From Rhodospirillaceae bacterium (GTDB taxonomy: Bacteria > Pseudomonadota > Alphaproteobacteria > Rhodospirillales > JABJKH01), in the NCBI GenBank assembly GCA_018660465.1, contig JABJKH010000065.1, positions 3,728 through 67,727 on the forward strand: DNA of 64,000 nucleotides, written 5' to 3'. The position numbers were made by a program, and so were the translations under genes. The notes beneath the pieces are model-generated. The model was not told where the DNA came from. It ran no database searches and was given only the letters and a program-made list of their open reading frames with translations. Every line of letters starts with the position of its first letter. Position 1 is the stretch's first letter. Below, one piece after another: positions 46,072 to 55,099 of this stretch.

Positions 46072-47292
46072 TTATGAGCCTTTGTCTTCTGAATCTTTGT
46101 CCTCAGATGAGGATTGGGCTTTTTTGTCGGTTCCATTTTGGATTAAATCTTTCTTTGATTTAATTGAATCTAAAACAGAATCTGCCTCTTCCCCGCGACC
46201 GAGTTTACGCAATAGGACCGCATAGTTTTTGGCGCCTCGCGAATACCGGGGGTGAGCCACTCCAACTGCATTTTTGATAATGCTCAGAGCCCGTTTGAAC
46301 ATTGGCTCTGCCTCCGCATAAACCCCTTGGCGGTAGCGCAGACTTGCCAAGTTATTCAGGCTCGCAGCGACAGAAGGATCGTCAGGCCCCAAAGATTTCT
46401 CTCGAATTTCCAACGCTTGGCGATAATTGGATTCCGCATCAGCGTATTTTCGTTGACCTTTATATACCAAGCCCAGATTGTTGAGTGCGGTCCCCACATT
46501 TGGGTGTTCCGCACCCAATTTTGTTTTCCAAATTCCTAAGGCGCGACGGAAGAGAGGTTCGGCTCCCTTATAGTCTCTTTGTAGACGGTAGAGTTCGGCC
46601 AAATCATTTAAAGACTGTGCAACATCGGGGTGATCTTTTCCGAGTTTCTGTTCGCGCGCCGCCAAATTTAATTCCAAGAGGGATCGCGCTGCGGTAAATT
46701 TTCCTTGTCGAATATAAACTCCCGCCAAACTGCTGATAAGGGCGTCCATACTTTCCTGATTATCACCTGCAAGCTCCTTGAGAATATCTAGAGAGCGAGC
46801 ATAAAGCGGTCCGGCTTGATCGAGTTTTCCCTGAGCCCGATAAAGGGATGCGAGATTGTTCAGAGTTGTTGCGAGAGACGGATGATCATTGCCATAAATT
46901 TCTTCTCTAATTGCGAGTGATCGTTTGTAGAGTGGTTCGGCTGCGGCATAGTCACCTTTGGTCTTATGGGTCAGCGCCATGGCATTTAAAATAGTGGCTG
47001 CCGATTTATCTTCAGGGCCATTTTCTTTATCACTGATGATCAGGGCTGCTTGGTAGTGGGCTAGGGCGTTATCATATCGGCCTGATTGGAACTCTTCTTG
47101 ACCTGTGCGATAGGATTTCACCATATCCGCCGGCCCGATGTCTTCTCCATATTGATTGGCGCAAGCCGATAGGAAAGCACCAAAAAGAACCACTGCGACC
47201 TGCAGAGAGTTCTGATACTTACGTGAATTTTTTGGTGTTTCGTTGGTCAAATTTCTTTTCCCGTTTGCAGCGACGTCACGCGACGTTATCAC
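46072..47292 (-). CDS. TPR-repeat (TPR_10/12, kinesin-light-chain-type) lipoprotein
   Basis: Lipobox FGAFLSAC after a hydrophobic leader. At least 7 consecutive 42-aa repeats of the pattern A.(L/S)LNNLA.LY..QG.Y..AEPL(Y/F).R(A/S)L.I. Confidence 0.8.
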   Translation of the reverse strand: MITSRDVAANGKRNLTNETPKNSRKYQNSLQVAVVLFGAFLSACANQYGEDIGPADMVKSYRTGQEEFQSGRYDNALAHYQAALIISDKENGPEDKSAATILNAMALTHKTKGDYAAAEPLYKRSLAIREEIYGNDHPSLATTLNNLASLYRAQGKLDQAGPLYARSLDILKELAGDNQESMDALISSLAGVYIRQGKFTAARSLLELNLAAREQKLGKDHPDVAQSLNDLAELYRLQRDYKGAEPLFRRALGIWKTKLGAEHPNVGTALNNLGLVYKGQRKYADAESNYRQALEIREKSLGPDDPSVAASLNNLASLRYRQGVYAEAEPMFKRALSIIKNAVGVAHPRYSRGAKNYAVLLRKLGRGEEADSVLDSIKSKKDLIQNGTDKKAQSSSEDKDSEDKGS

Positions 47293-47319
47293 GGGTCTGC
47301 GTCTCCGACCACGGTCTAT

Positions 47320-48447
47320 TTAAGCCCGTTCTTTGAGTCCGTCCAAATTAGATTTTATTTTTATATAGAGAGGGCTATCGATACCACCGGATTTACGCGC
47401 AATTTCCAGCCCTTGCTGATAATTCTGTTTTGCCTCTTGGTGATGATTTTTCTTTTGGCAAATTTCTGCAAGATTGCTGAGGGCTGCTGCAACTTTGGGG
47501 CTATCAGGCTTAAGATTGGTTTGATAAATACCCACCGCTCGCTTGCTATACTCATACGCCTCGTCAACATGGCCACGTACTTCGCAAAGGGCAGCCATAT
47601 TATTTAGTGCTCCAGCAAGCTCTGGGTGGTTTGGGCCAAGTGCTTTTTCTCGCACTTGAAGGGCGTGTTGGTGGTGCACAAGAGCCGCCTCCATATCCCC
47701 TCGCATTTCTAAAATATGCGCCAAGTTGGTGTATGCATTGAATAACTTTCCATGATTTGAACGGCGGGCACGGCCGAGTATTTCTATAATTCCTTGCAAC
47801 AACGATTCGGCTTCTTCATAGCACTCCAATAAAGATGCCATATGGGCGTTGGCTTCCAGGTAGTTGCGATTTTTGGGGCCGTTTAAATAGGCTTTCCGAT
47901 AGAACGTGAGCGCTTGATCAAAATCGAAATGTCCTTCCGAAATTTGGCCTAGGAGGAAAGCTGCTGCGCCAGCGGTGGGGCCGCTTTTCTTAGACAATTG
48001 GTGCAGAAATAATTCGGCTGGCTGCGTATTGTCCAACGCTAAGGCCCGCCATATGGGTGCTATATTTTGCACATCCGTACCTTTGGCCGCATCTTTGGCG
48101 AGGCGCTTAATCTCTTCAGCATATTTTACGAGTTTCGTTTTGCGAGCCTCATAGGCCTCCGTCGGTTGTTTTTGTAGTTTGAGAAGCCCCGCTAATTCAA
48201 TTTTGTATCGGGTTTTTTGGGCTATGTTTTCTGTCGCATCCAACGCATTTGTAACCTGAGCTGTTCTTGTGACAATCCAATCTATGTAATCTTCTATGGT
48301 GAAAAATTCTTTTTCTGGCTTCGAATTTGAAAGGTTTGACCCTAGCTTAACAGCCTTCTTTATGGCTGCTGCGCAAATGCCTTTTGTGCTATTTATCAAC
48401 TTATTAAAGGGATTTTTTTTCGCAGTTGGAAGACGTTTTTTGGTCAT
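47320..48447 (-). CDS. TPR-repeat protein (same repeat class, cytoplasmic or secreted unknown)
   Basis: C-terminal half shows ...NLAHILEMRGDMEAALVHHQHALQVREKALGPNHPELAGALNNMAALCEVRGHVDEAYEY... repeats. The N-terminal ~180 aa is unrecognised. Confidence 0.75.
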   Translation of the reverse strand: MTKKRLPTAKKNPFNKLINSTKGICAAAIKKAVKLGSNLSNSKPEKEFFTIEDYIDWIVTRTAQVTNALDATENIAQKTRYKIELAGLLKLQKQPTEAYEARKTKLVKYAEEIKRLAKDAAKGTDVQNIAPIWRALALDNTQPAELFLHQLSKKSGPTAGAAAFLLGQISEGHFDFDQALTFYRKAYLNGPKNRNYLEANAHMASLLECYEEAESLLQGIIEILGRARRSNHGKLFNAYTNLAHILEMRGDMEAALVHHQHALQVREKALGPNHPELAGALNNMAALCEVRGHVDEAYEYSKRAVGIYQTNLKPDSPKVAAALSNLAEICQKKNHHQEAKQNYQQGLEIARKSGGIDSPLYIKIKSNLDGLKERA

Positions 48448-48527
48448 AGCGAAACCCCTACTCTCGTATTTCAGAGAATAGGTTACTCAAACCCGCCAGA
48501 AATTTCCTTGATGGCAGTCAAGATTGC

Positions 48528-49148
48528 TTAGAATTTTCTCTCGATAATCGTAGACTCTTCCATTCGAGCTTGGCGGAGATACTGCGCCAGAATGTGCATC
48601 AATGATTGGTGGGTGTCTTCGATAACGCCGTAATTATCACCTTCTACTTTCAGGTGCACGTTTGCCAGGTTTCCTGTACGACCACCGGTGAATCCGGTCA
48701 TGGAAATGACATCAACATTATTTTCCCGCGCCCATTCCGCCGCTCTGACGACGTTTTCCGAATCGCCGGATGAGCTTATTGTGATTAGCACATCGCCAGC
48801 TTGCGCCAGTGTCCGCAACTGATAGACGAAGCATTCGTCATAAGAGATGTCATTGGCGATGGCCGTAATCATCTCAATGTTAGCGCTGAGCGAATTTACG
48901 CGGGGCAGCAAATCGGTATCGGTCTGAATGCACTTCAAGTGATCGCACACCAGATGGTTTGAAATACCGGCCGAGCCGCCGTTGCCACAAACGTGAACGG
49001 TGGCACCGCGTTGATAGGCGGCCTCTAATAACTGCCCGGCCTCTGCCAATTTGTCGCGATCAACGGAGGCCGCAGCTACGGCGTATTTTTCAAAATAATC
49101 ACCGGCAAAGCCCGCGATATCGGGATATTTTTTATTTGGAAAAGTCAT
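48528..49148 (-). CDS. SIS-domain protein, GmhA/DiaA-like (sedoheptulose-7-P isomerase family)
   Basis: VHVCGNGGSAGISNHLVCDH and LITISSSGDSENV. 206 aa. AGGAG 12 nt upstream of the ATG. Confidence 0.7.
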   Translation of the reverse strand: MTFPNKKYPDIAGFAGDYFEKYAVAAASVDRDKLAEAGQLLEAAYQRGATVHVCGNGGSAGISNHLVCDHLKCIQTDTDLLPRVNSLSANIEMITAIANDISYDECFVYQLRTLAQAGDVLITISSSGDSENVVRAAEWARENNVDVISMTGFTGGRTGNLANVHLKVEGDNYGVIEDTHQSLMHILAQYLRQARMEESTIIERKF

Positions 49149-49192
49149 AAATGTTAACGGCTCCTGGTGTCGTCAAGAGGCCGGAGTCTGAT

Positions 49193-49227
49193 CTATTTCC
49201 CCGGCATATTCAATGCCGGGGAAATAG
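49193..49227 (-). terminator. Perfect 15-bp stem / 5-nt loop hairpin between the GDH stop and the SIS gene (possible terminator or attenuator; no U-tract)
   Basis: CTATTTCCCCGGCAT-ATTCA-ATGCCGGGGAAATAG, read directly. It starts 41 nt downstream of the GDH stop codon (49268). Neither strand has a following T-run. Confidence 0.35.
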
Positions 49228-49267
49228 AATCTGGAAATGATATCAGGAAATAATTTGTTCGTTGCCG

Positions 49268-52200
49268 CTATTTGGTATCGGCCGTATCCGCAAGAGCCCG
49301 TAACTGGCGGCTGGCAACAGCAACCATGGAGACATCCGACATGCCGGTCGTCCAAAGTTCGGTCAACAGGTGATTTGCCTGATCGACAACGTCTTGATTA
49401 TGCTCGGTCCACTGAGCCAACGCTTTTTCGGGGGCCATCTTGGGTCCGGCAAAATCAAGAATTTGTGTCGTCATACGCAATTGGTGGCCATAAATTTCTT
49501 CAACCAGCGCATCAATTGCGAGCTTTTGCCAGTGCGTCGAGGAATCAAGCCCTTCCGCTGCCGCGCGTAATCTGCCCAACCTAAATTGACTACTCACGAA
49601 ATAATAAAGGTTGCTTACATGGGCAACGGATATCTTCCGACTTGTCGCCAAGCGAACAATATCACACGCGGTATAAAGATTAACCAAGGCGGCTATTCTA
49701 TTTGCCAGTTTTTCCGGAACGCCTTTAGCCACGCTTGGTTTTGCTCGCAACCCGATGTCATTGATGTAATGTCGGGGAAGAGCAGCCTCGGTATTATGGG
49801 TTAGAACATGGACACCCGCCTGGTATTCTGCAACTTCTGATCCGATATCTAGCGGCCGCTTACCGTGACGGAGGAACCACAGCACGCCCCAATCGATGAG
49901 CGCATTGATGGTCAAGTGCATAACCGTCTGAACATTGGCAGGAACTTTATTATCCAAGGATTCAATTTCATCCCAAAGCTCATCCAGGTCAAACACGTTA
50001 CGGACAATGGTAAAGGCGCGAACGATATCCGCCGCAGGCATACCGGTTTTTTCCATGAATTCGGTAACAAAGGTTTCACCGACCCGGTTGATCATCTCAT
50101 TGGTTGATACTGTCGCGATGATTTCACGGCGTAGCCTATGTTGCCCAATGTATTCTTTAAACTTTTCGCGCATCGGTGTTGGGAAATACTGGACCAGATC
50201 CTTAACAAGAAACGGATCATCAGGGAACGGTGTCTGCAGCAAATCGCCGTACAACCAGTTTTTGGAGTAAGATAGGAGAACGCCAATTTCAGGCCGGGTT
50301 AAGGCTTGTTCTGCCTGTGCCCGCTCGGCAATCGTTTCATCATCAGGCAGGTATTCGACGCTACGATTCAAAATATCCAACCGCTCCAACATCCGCATCA
50401 AGCGCACTTGATTATCCAGAACCGCGGTTCCTTGGAACTGAGACATTGAAATGGTCTGGGTCTGTTCGTAGTTATCCACCAAGCACAGTTCACCGACTTC
50501 CTTGGTCATACTTGCCAAAAAGGAGGTGCGCTGCTTTTGGTCCATCCCGCCGCCAGCAATGGCAGAATTGACTAAAATCTTGATATTAACTTCATGGTCT
50601 GAGCAATCGACGCCAGCGGAGTTGTCGATAGAATCTGAATTTAGACGGCCACCATTCAGGCCATATTCGATGCGGCCACGTTGTGTCACGCCCAGGTTCG
50701 CCCCCTCACCAATAACTTTAGCGCGGACCTCTTTGCCATTGATCCGAATGGGATCATTAGCCCTATCACCGGCGTCGGCATCTGTTTCATCGGATGCCTT
50801 AATGTAGGTTCCAATTCCACCGAACCATAGGAGCCCAACTTCCGCTCGTAACATATGACCAAGTAGCTCATTCGGTGACAGTGCGCTTTGCGTGATGCCG
50901 AAACAGGCTTTAATTTCAGGCGTTAGCGTCAGCGACTTTGCCGAACGATCAAATATAGCGCCGCCCTTAGATAAAAGCTTAGCATCATAGTCACCCCAGC
51001 TTGAACGCGGCAGCTTGAAAAGCCGTTTTCTTTCAGCCAGGCTTTTCGCCGGGTCCGGATCTGGATCGACGAATATATGCAGATGATTGAAGGCACCCAA
51101 TAACTTGATGTGAGGCGACAGCATCATGCCGTTGCCGAAAACGTCGCCCGACATATCGCCAACGCCAACGACCGTGAATTCTTCCTTCTGGGTATTGACC
51201 CCCATTTCTCTGAAGTGGCGTTTAACTGATTCCCAGGCCCCCTTCGCCGTAATGCCCATTTTTTTGTGATCGTAACCAATACTACCACCGGACGCGAAGG
51301 CATCCCCCAGCCAGAAGCCATAATCATCGGAAACGCCGTTGGCGATATCGGAGAATGTAGCGGTGCCCTTATCCGCTGCAACCACCAAATAGGGATCGTC
51401 ACCGTCCCGCCGAATTGTATTCGCGGGTGGAATCAAACGGCTGCCAACCAGATTATCGGTGATGTCCAACAGACCTGAAATAAAGGTTTTATAGCAAGCA
51501 ATGCCTTCGTTAATGAAAGCTTCTCTACCCCCTGAGGTAGGCGGTTTCTTGACGACGAAACCGCCTTTTGATCCGACCGGGACGATCACCGCATTCTTTA
51601 CTTGCTGAGCTTTGACCAGGCCAAGAATTTCGGTCCGGAAATCTTCCCGTCGATCAGACCACCGAAGACCGCCACGAGCAACCATGCCAAATCTCAGGTG
51701 CACGCCTTCGATCTTGGGGCTGTAGACAAAAATTTCTCTGAACGGGCGCGGCAATGGCAATTCATCAATATTGCCGGAATCCAGTTTGAACGATGCATAA
51801 GCCTTCGGCTCGCCATGACTCGAGCGGCGTTGATAAAAATTGGTCCGCAATGTGGAGTCAACGGCATTTATAAAACGCGATATAATTCGGTCTTCGTCGG
51901 CGCTGGTTACTTGGTTCAGCCCATCGCGAATTTTACGGCGGAGATCTTTTGCGCGTTTTTCTGATGTCTTCGCCAAAGTTGGATCAAATAGGGTCGAAAA
52001 CAAATTGACGATCAGGCGCGTTAACTTTGGGTTGTTGGCAAGGGTTTGCTCCATATAAGCCTGAGAGAAAGCAATTCCAGCCTGTCGCAGATATTTGCTG
52101 TAGGCCCTCAGAACAACAACGTCACGCCAGGCCAAACCCGCCTGTAAAACCAACGCGTTAAAGCCATCGCTTTCCATCTGGCCGGTCCAGGTCCTGATAA

Positions 52201-54127
52201 ACGTATCTTGGAAATTTTGATTAACGTCCTCTAGCTTAACCGATGCCCCGCTTCGAGTTTCCACGCCGAAGTCTTGAATCATAACAGTACGGTCGCCGTC
52301 ATTAAGCGGACGGATACGGAATGGGTGCTCGTCAACAACCCGAAGCCCCATGTGTTCAAGCATGGGCAAAACATCGGATAATGGCACCGCCCGATCTGGA
52401 TTATATACTTTGAAGTTAAGGCTATGTTTCTTAGCGCCCTTCTGGCGATAAAGCGCCATACAAAGTCTATCGTTGTCGATGGCTTCGTCAATTTTAACAA
52501 TATCCCCAACCGCGTCCTCGGCGCTAAAGGTGTCCTGATATCCTCTTGGAAATGCCTTACCGTATCGTTCGGTAATTTCCAGTGCGCGCGCTTCACCGTG
52601 GGCACGGGTCAGGGCATCCGTTAAGCCACCCGTCCAGGTGCGTGCCTGGTTAACAAGCTCCGCCTCAAGATTAGTGACGTTATAGTTGGGAATTTTCCCA
52701 GGCGTTGTTTTGATACTGATGTGCAATCGAGCAAGTGCGGAATCGCCAAATTCAATGTGGTGTGCTGCGACCTTTCCTTTGAAAGTTTTTTCCAAAGTTT
52801 TTTGCAGACGTTCGCGCAACGACATGGAGTAAATGTCACGAGGCACGAAAATTAGACATGAGATATATCGATCGAAATTATCGCGCCGCGTAAACAACGC
52901 GACCCTTTGGCGTTCCTGAAGGTGGAGTATTCCGAGGCCGGTGTTATACAGATCATCTTCGGAAATTTGAAACAGTTCATCACGAGGATAGGTTTCCAAA
53001 ACATTCGCAAGCGCTTTGCCACTGTGGCTTGACGATCCATATTGCGCACGGCTGACGACATTTTGAAGTTTGCGGCGCAGAAGCGGAATTTCACGCGGAC
53101 TGCTGCTATATGCGGATGAGGTAAACAACCCGAGAAATAGTCTTTGGCCAATGACCTTACCGCGACTGTCCATCTTTTTCACGGCTATGGCATCCAGATA
53201 AACAGGCCTGTGCACCGGCGACAAAATTTCTGTTTTTATGATAAGTAAATAGCTGGGGTCTGTCTTCGAGACACTTCGAGCAGGCGGCAAGCACGCTAGA
53301 TCACTGAGAGAAGCATACTCTGCAGTGCGGGCGCTGCGCAGTAATCCGAGGCCGGTATTTCCCTCTACGGAAGCTTTTACTTTTTTTCCAGATCCTTCGA
53401 AATTGTATTCCCGGAAGCCAAGGAACGTGAAATTGTTGTCATAGGCCCACCGCAAGAAATCCCGAGATTCATCAACAACTTCTGATGGAATTCCTTTAAA
53501 CTTTTCCGTTAATTCGTCAATCATAGCCATCATGCTTTCGCGCATCGGGCGCCAATCTTCGACGGATGCACGCACGGCTTTTATTGTCTTGGTTATTTCC
53601 TTGGTGATATTTTCAAGTTGCTCAAGCGGCTGTTGGCTGACTTCAAATCTTAACATTGTTTCAGAAGTCGCGCCGGTATCCGGTTCATTCGGTGATAAAA
53701 CGCGAACAAGCTTGCCGGCCTTGTCTCGCTTAATTTTCAAGACAGGGTGGACGACAAGATGCACCGTCAAATTACGACTGTTTAGCAGTGCTGTAATCGA
53801 ATCGACCAAAAATGGCATATCGTCGGCAACGATCTCAACCACCGAATGGGCTGATTTCCAGCCGTCCGCCTTCAGGGTTGGATTGTAGGCCCGAACCAAC
53901 GCTTTTGCGCGTGACCGTGTCGCGCTGAATTCTAGGTGCGCCTTCGCTGCACCCCACAAGGTTGCGGGTTTTTCGGCTTGGATATCCTGAGGCGGGACAT
54001 CTTTGTAATAAAGCCGGATAAAGGTCTCGACGCTAGAGCCCTTGGATTTTGCCGGTTGTTTTTTCGCTTCCGATACAATTCGATCGACCAACCCGGATTT
54101 TTTCTTGCGCTTCAAGGCTTTGACCAT
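49268..54127 (-). CDS. NAD-specific glutamate dehydrogenase, large (~180 kDa) Bac_GDH type (GdhB/GdhZ-like)
   Basis: 1619-aa ORF with the catalytic core ...RGGLRWSDRREDFRTEILGLVKAQQVKNAVIVPVGSKGGFV...GPDMGT-type region (AADKGTATFSD). Confidence 0.95.
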   Translation of the reverse strand: MVKALKRKKKSGLVDRIVSEAKKQPAKSKGSSVETFIRLYYKDVPPQDIQAEKPATLWGAAKAHLEFSATRSRAKALVRAYNPTLKADGWKSAHSVVEIVADDMPFLVDSITALLNSRNLTVHLVVHPVLKIKRDKAGKLVRVLSPNEPDTGATSETMLRFEVSQQPLEQLENITKEITKTIKAVRASVEDWRPMRESMMAMIDELTEKFKGIPSEVVDESRDFLRWAYDNNFTFLGFREYNFEGSGKKVKASVEGNTGLGLLRSARTAEYASLSDLACLPPARSVSKTDPSYLLIIKTEILSPVHRPVYLDAIAVKKMDSRGKVIGQRLFLGLFTSSAYSSSPREIPLLRRKLQNVVSRAQYGSSSHSGKALANVLETYPRDELFQISEDDLYNTGLGILHLQERQRVALFTRRDNFDRYISCLIFVPRDIYSMSLRERLQKTLEKTFKGKVAAHHIEFGDSALARLHISIKTTPGKIPNYNVTNLEAELVNQARTWTGGLTDALTRAHGEARALEITERYGKAFPRGYQDTFSAEDAVGDIVKIDEAIDNDRLCMALYRQKGAKKHSLNFKVYNPDRAVPLSDVLPMLEHMGLRVVDEHPFRIRPLNDGDRTVMIQDFGVETRSGASVKLEDVNQNFQDTFIRTWTGQMESDGFNALVLQAGLAWRDVVVLRAYSKYLRQAGIAFSQAYMEQTLANNPKLTRLIVNLFSTLFDPTLAKTSEKRAKDLRRKIRDGLNQVTSADEDRIISRFINAVDSTLRTNFYQRRSSHGEPKAYASFKLDSGNIDELPLPRPFREIFVYSPKIEGVHLRFGMVARGGLRWSDRREDFRTEILGLVKAQQVKNAVIVPVGSKGGFVVKKPPTSGGREAFINEGIACYKTFISGLLDITDNLVGSRLIPPANTIRRDGDDPYLVVAADKGTATFSDIANGVSDDYGFWLGDAFASGGSIGYDHKKMGITAKGAWESVKRHFREMGVNTQKEEFTVVGVGDMSGDVFGNGMMLSPHIKLLGAFNHLHIFVDPDPDPAKSLAERKRLFKLPRSSWGDYDAKLLSKGGAIFDRSAKSLTLTPEIKACFGITQSALSPNELLGHMLRAEVGLLWFGGIGTYIKASDETDADAGDRANDPIRINGKEVRAKVIGEGANLGVTQRGRIEYGLNGGRLNSDSIDNSAGVDCSDHEVNIKILVNSAIAGGGMDQKQRTSFLASMTKEVGELCLVDNYEQTQTISMSQFQGTAVLDNQVRLMRMLERLDILNRSVEYLPDDETIAERAQAEQALTRPEIGVLLSYSKNWLYGDLLQTPFPDDPFLVKDLVQYFPTPMREKFKEYIGQHRLRREIIATVSTNEMINRVGETFVTEFMEKTGMPAADIVRAFTIVRNVFDLDELWDEIESLDNKVPANVQTVMHLTINALIDWGVLWFLRHGKRPLDIGSEVAEYQAGVHVLTHNTEAALPRHYINDIGLRAKPSVAKGVPEKLANRIAALVNLYTACDIVRLATSRKISVAHVSNLYYFVSSQFRLGRLRAAAEGLDSSTHWQKLAIDALVEEIYGHQLRMTTQILDFAGPKMAPEKALAQWTEHNQDVVDQANHLLTELWTTGMSDVSMVAVASRQLRALADTADTK

Positions 54128-54323
54128 CGTCCCCCTCCTTACTCGGCTTGACGGATAATTTCCGCCTAATTATAAAAACCGTAGCTTATTTAATAAATAA
54201 ATACAAAGACGTCGTGTATTATCTTAAGTTCGCATGGTAATTAGCGCGAATAAAAGTTTTATTAATTAAAGGTGGATTTAATTACACTAAATGCATGATT
54301 CAGTTCAGAGAATAAAAAAGTTA

Positions 54324-54341
54324 AATTGTCATCTGACAATT
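54324..54341 (-). terminator. Weak AT-rich hairpin + T-run just downstream of lolA (possible terminator, or operator upstream of GDH)
   Basis: On the minus strand: AATTGTCA-GA-TGACAATT followed by TAACTTTTTTATT. It starts 18 nt after the lolA stop. The stem has only 2 GC pairs per arm. Confidence 0.3.
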
Positions 54342-54358
54342 AACTAGTAATTTTGGCG

Positions 54359-55099
54359 CTATGAATCTTCGCGATAAATTTCGTTATCTGGATCATCAAA
54401 TTCAAAAAGTTTTGGATCAAGAGGAACACCAAATCTTGTGCCCAACAGTGAGATGGTCGTTTGAACACCTTGGGCATCGGTGATGGCCCATTTTTTTAAG
54501 ACCAGAGGACTGTCGCTGAAAATTAACGTGACGGCTCCTTCTGCCTCATCTTCTTTTTTTGTAACCAGCAGTCGAAGTGTGTTTGCACGTCGCTGAATTT
54601 TAGCGACCCGGTAATCGCCATCGGTAAAAGAGACCTTCTCCGCCACCAGAACACCCGCTGGCGTGGATTTCAAATCCACATAATTAACTTGTTCCAGTTC
54701 TTTGTCATTGTAGATGAGCCAGTGCCCATCCGCGATAATAAGGATCGGAACCGGCGGTTTATATTCAATTCGCATCTTACCGGGCCGGGAAATAAAAAGT
54801 TCGCCCTCGGAATACCCCCCCGTCGATGTCACTTGAAGGAACCGTGCCTTTAAGGTCTTCAGATTGTTCAGATACGCCTCTACCCGCTTGATATCCACTG
54901 TATCAGTCGCACTATAGGCAGGCCGTTTGGGTGGGTCGGCGAGAACGAGCCCGGAAACAAAAGCGGAAATGATGGAAACGAAAAGGGAGGCAAATAGAAA
55001 GATACAGGCTCCGAAAAGCTTATAAGACGTTTTCCCCGTCGTTGCCGATGAGCACCTCACGACGTCCGACTCTGTTCGCTTTACTGACAACGCCTTCAC
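54359..55099 (-). CDS. lolA: LolA-family outer-membrane lipoprotein carrier protein
   Basis: Signal-like FGACIFLFASLFVSIISAFVSGLVLA, then VEAYLNNLKTLKARFLQV...GELFISRPGKMRIEY. The GTG start at 55099 overlaps the ftsK 3' end by 80 nt, so the true start (internal TTG/GTG) is uncertain. Confidence 0.75.
   Translation of the reverse strand: MKALSVKRTESDVVRCSSATTGKTSYKLFGACIFLFASLFVSIISAFVSGLVLADPPKRPAYSATDTVDIKRVEAYLNNLKTLKARFLQVTSTGGYSEGELFISRPGKMRIEYKPPVPILIIADGHWLIYNDKELEQVNYVDLKSTPAGVLVAEKVSFTDGDYRVAKIQRRANTLRLLVTKKEDEAEGAVTLIFSDSPLVLKKWAITDAQGVQTTISLLGTRFGVPLDPKLFEFDDPDNEIYREDS

Noticed and set aside
55020-55099. The 80-nt overlap between the ftsK 3' end and the lolA 5' end, considered as a possible programmed overlap or frameshift.
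   Set aside because: It is most simply explained by an over-extended lolA start. The track start is a GTG, and in-frame TTG/GTG codons occur downstream before the signal-peptide-like segment. There is no slippery sequence or evidence of frameshifting.
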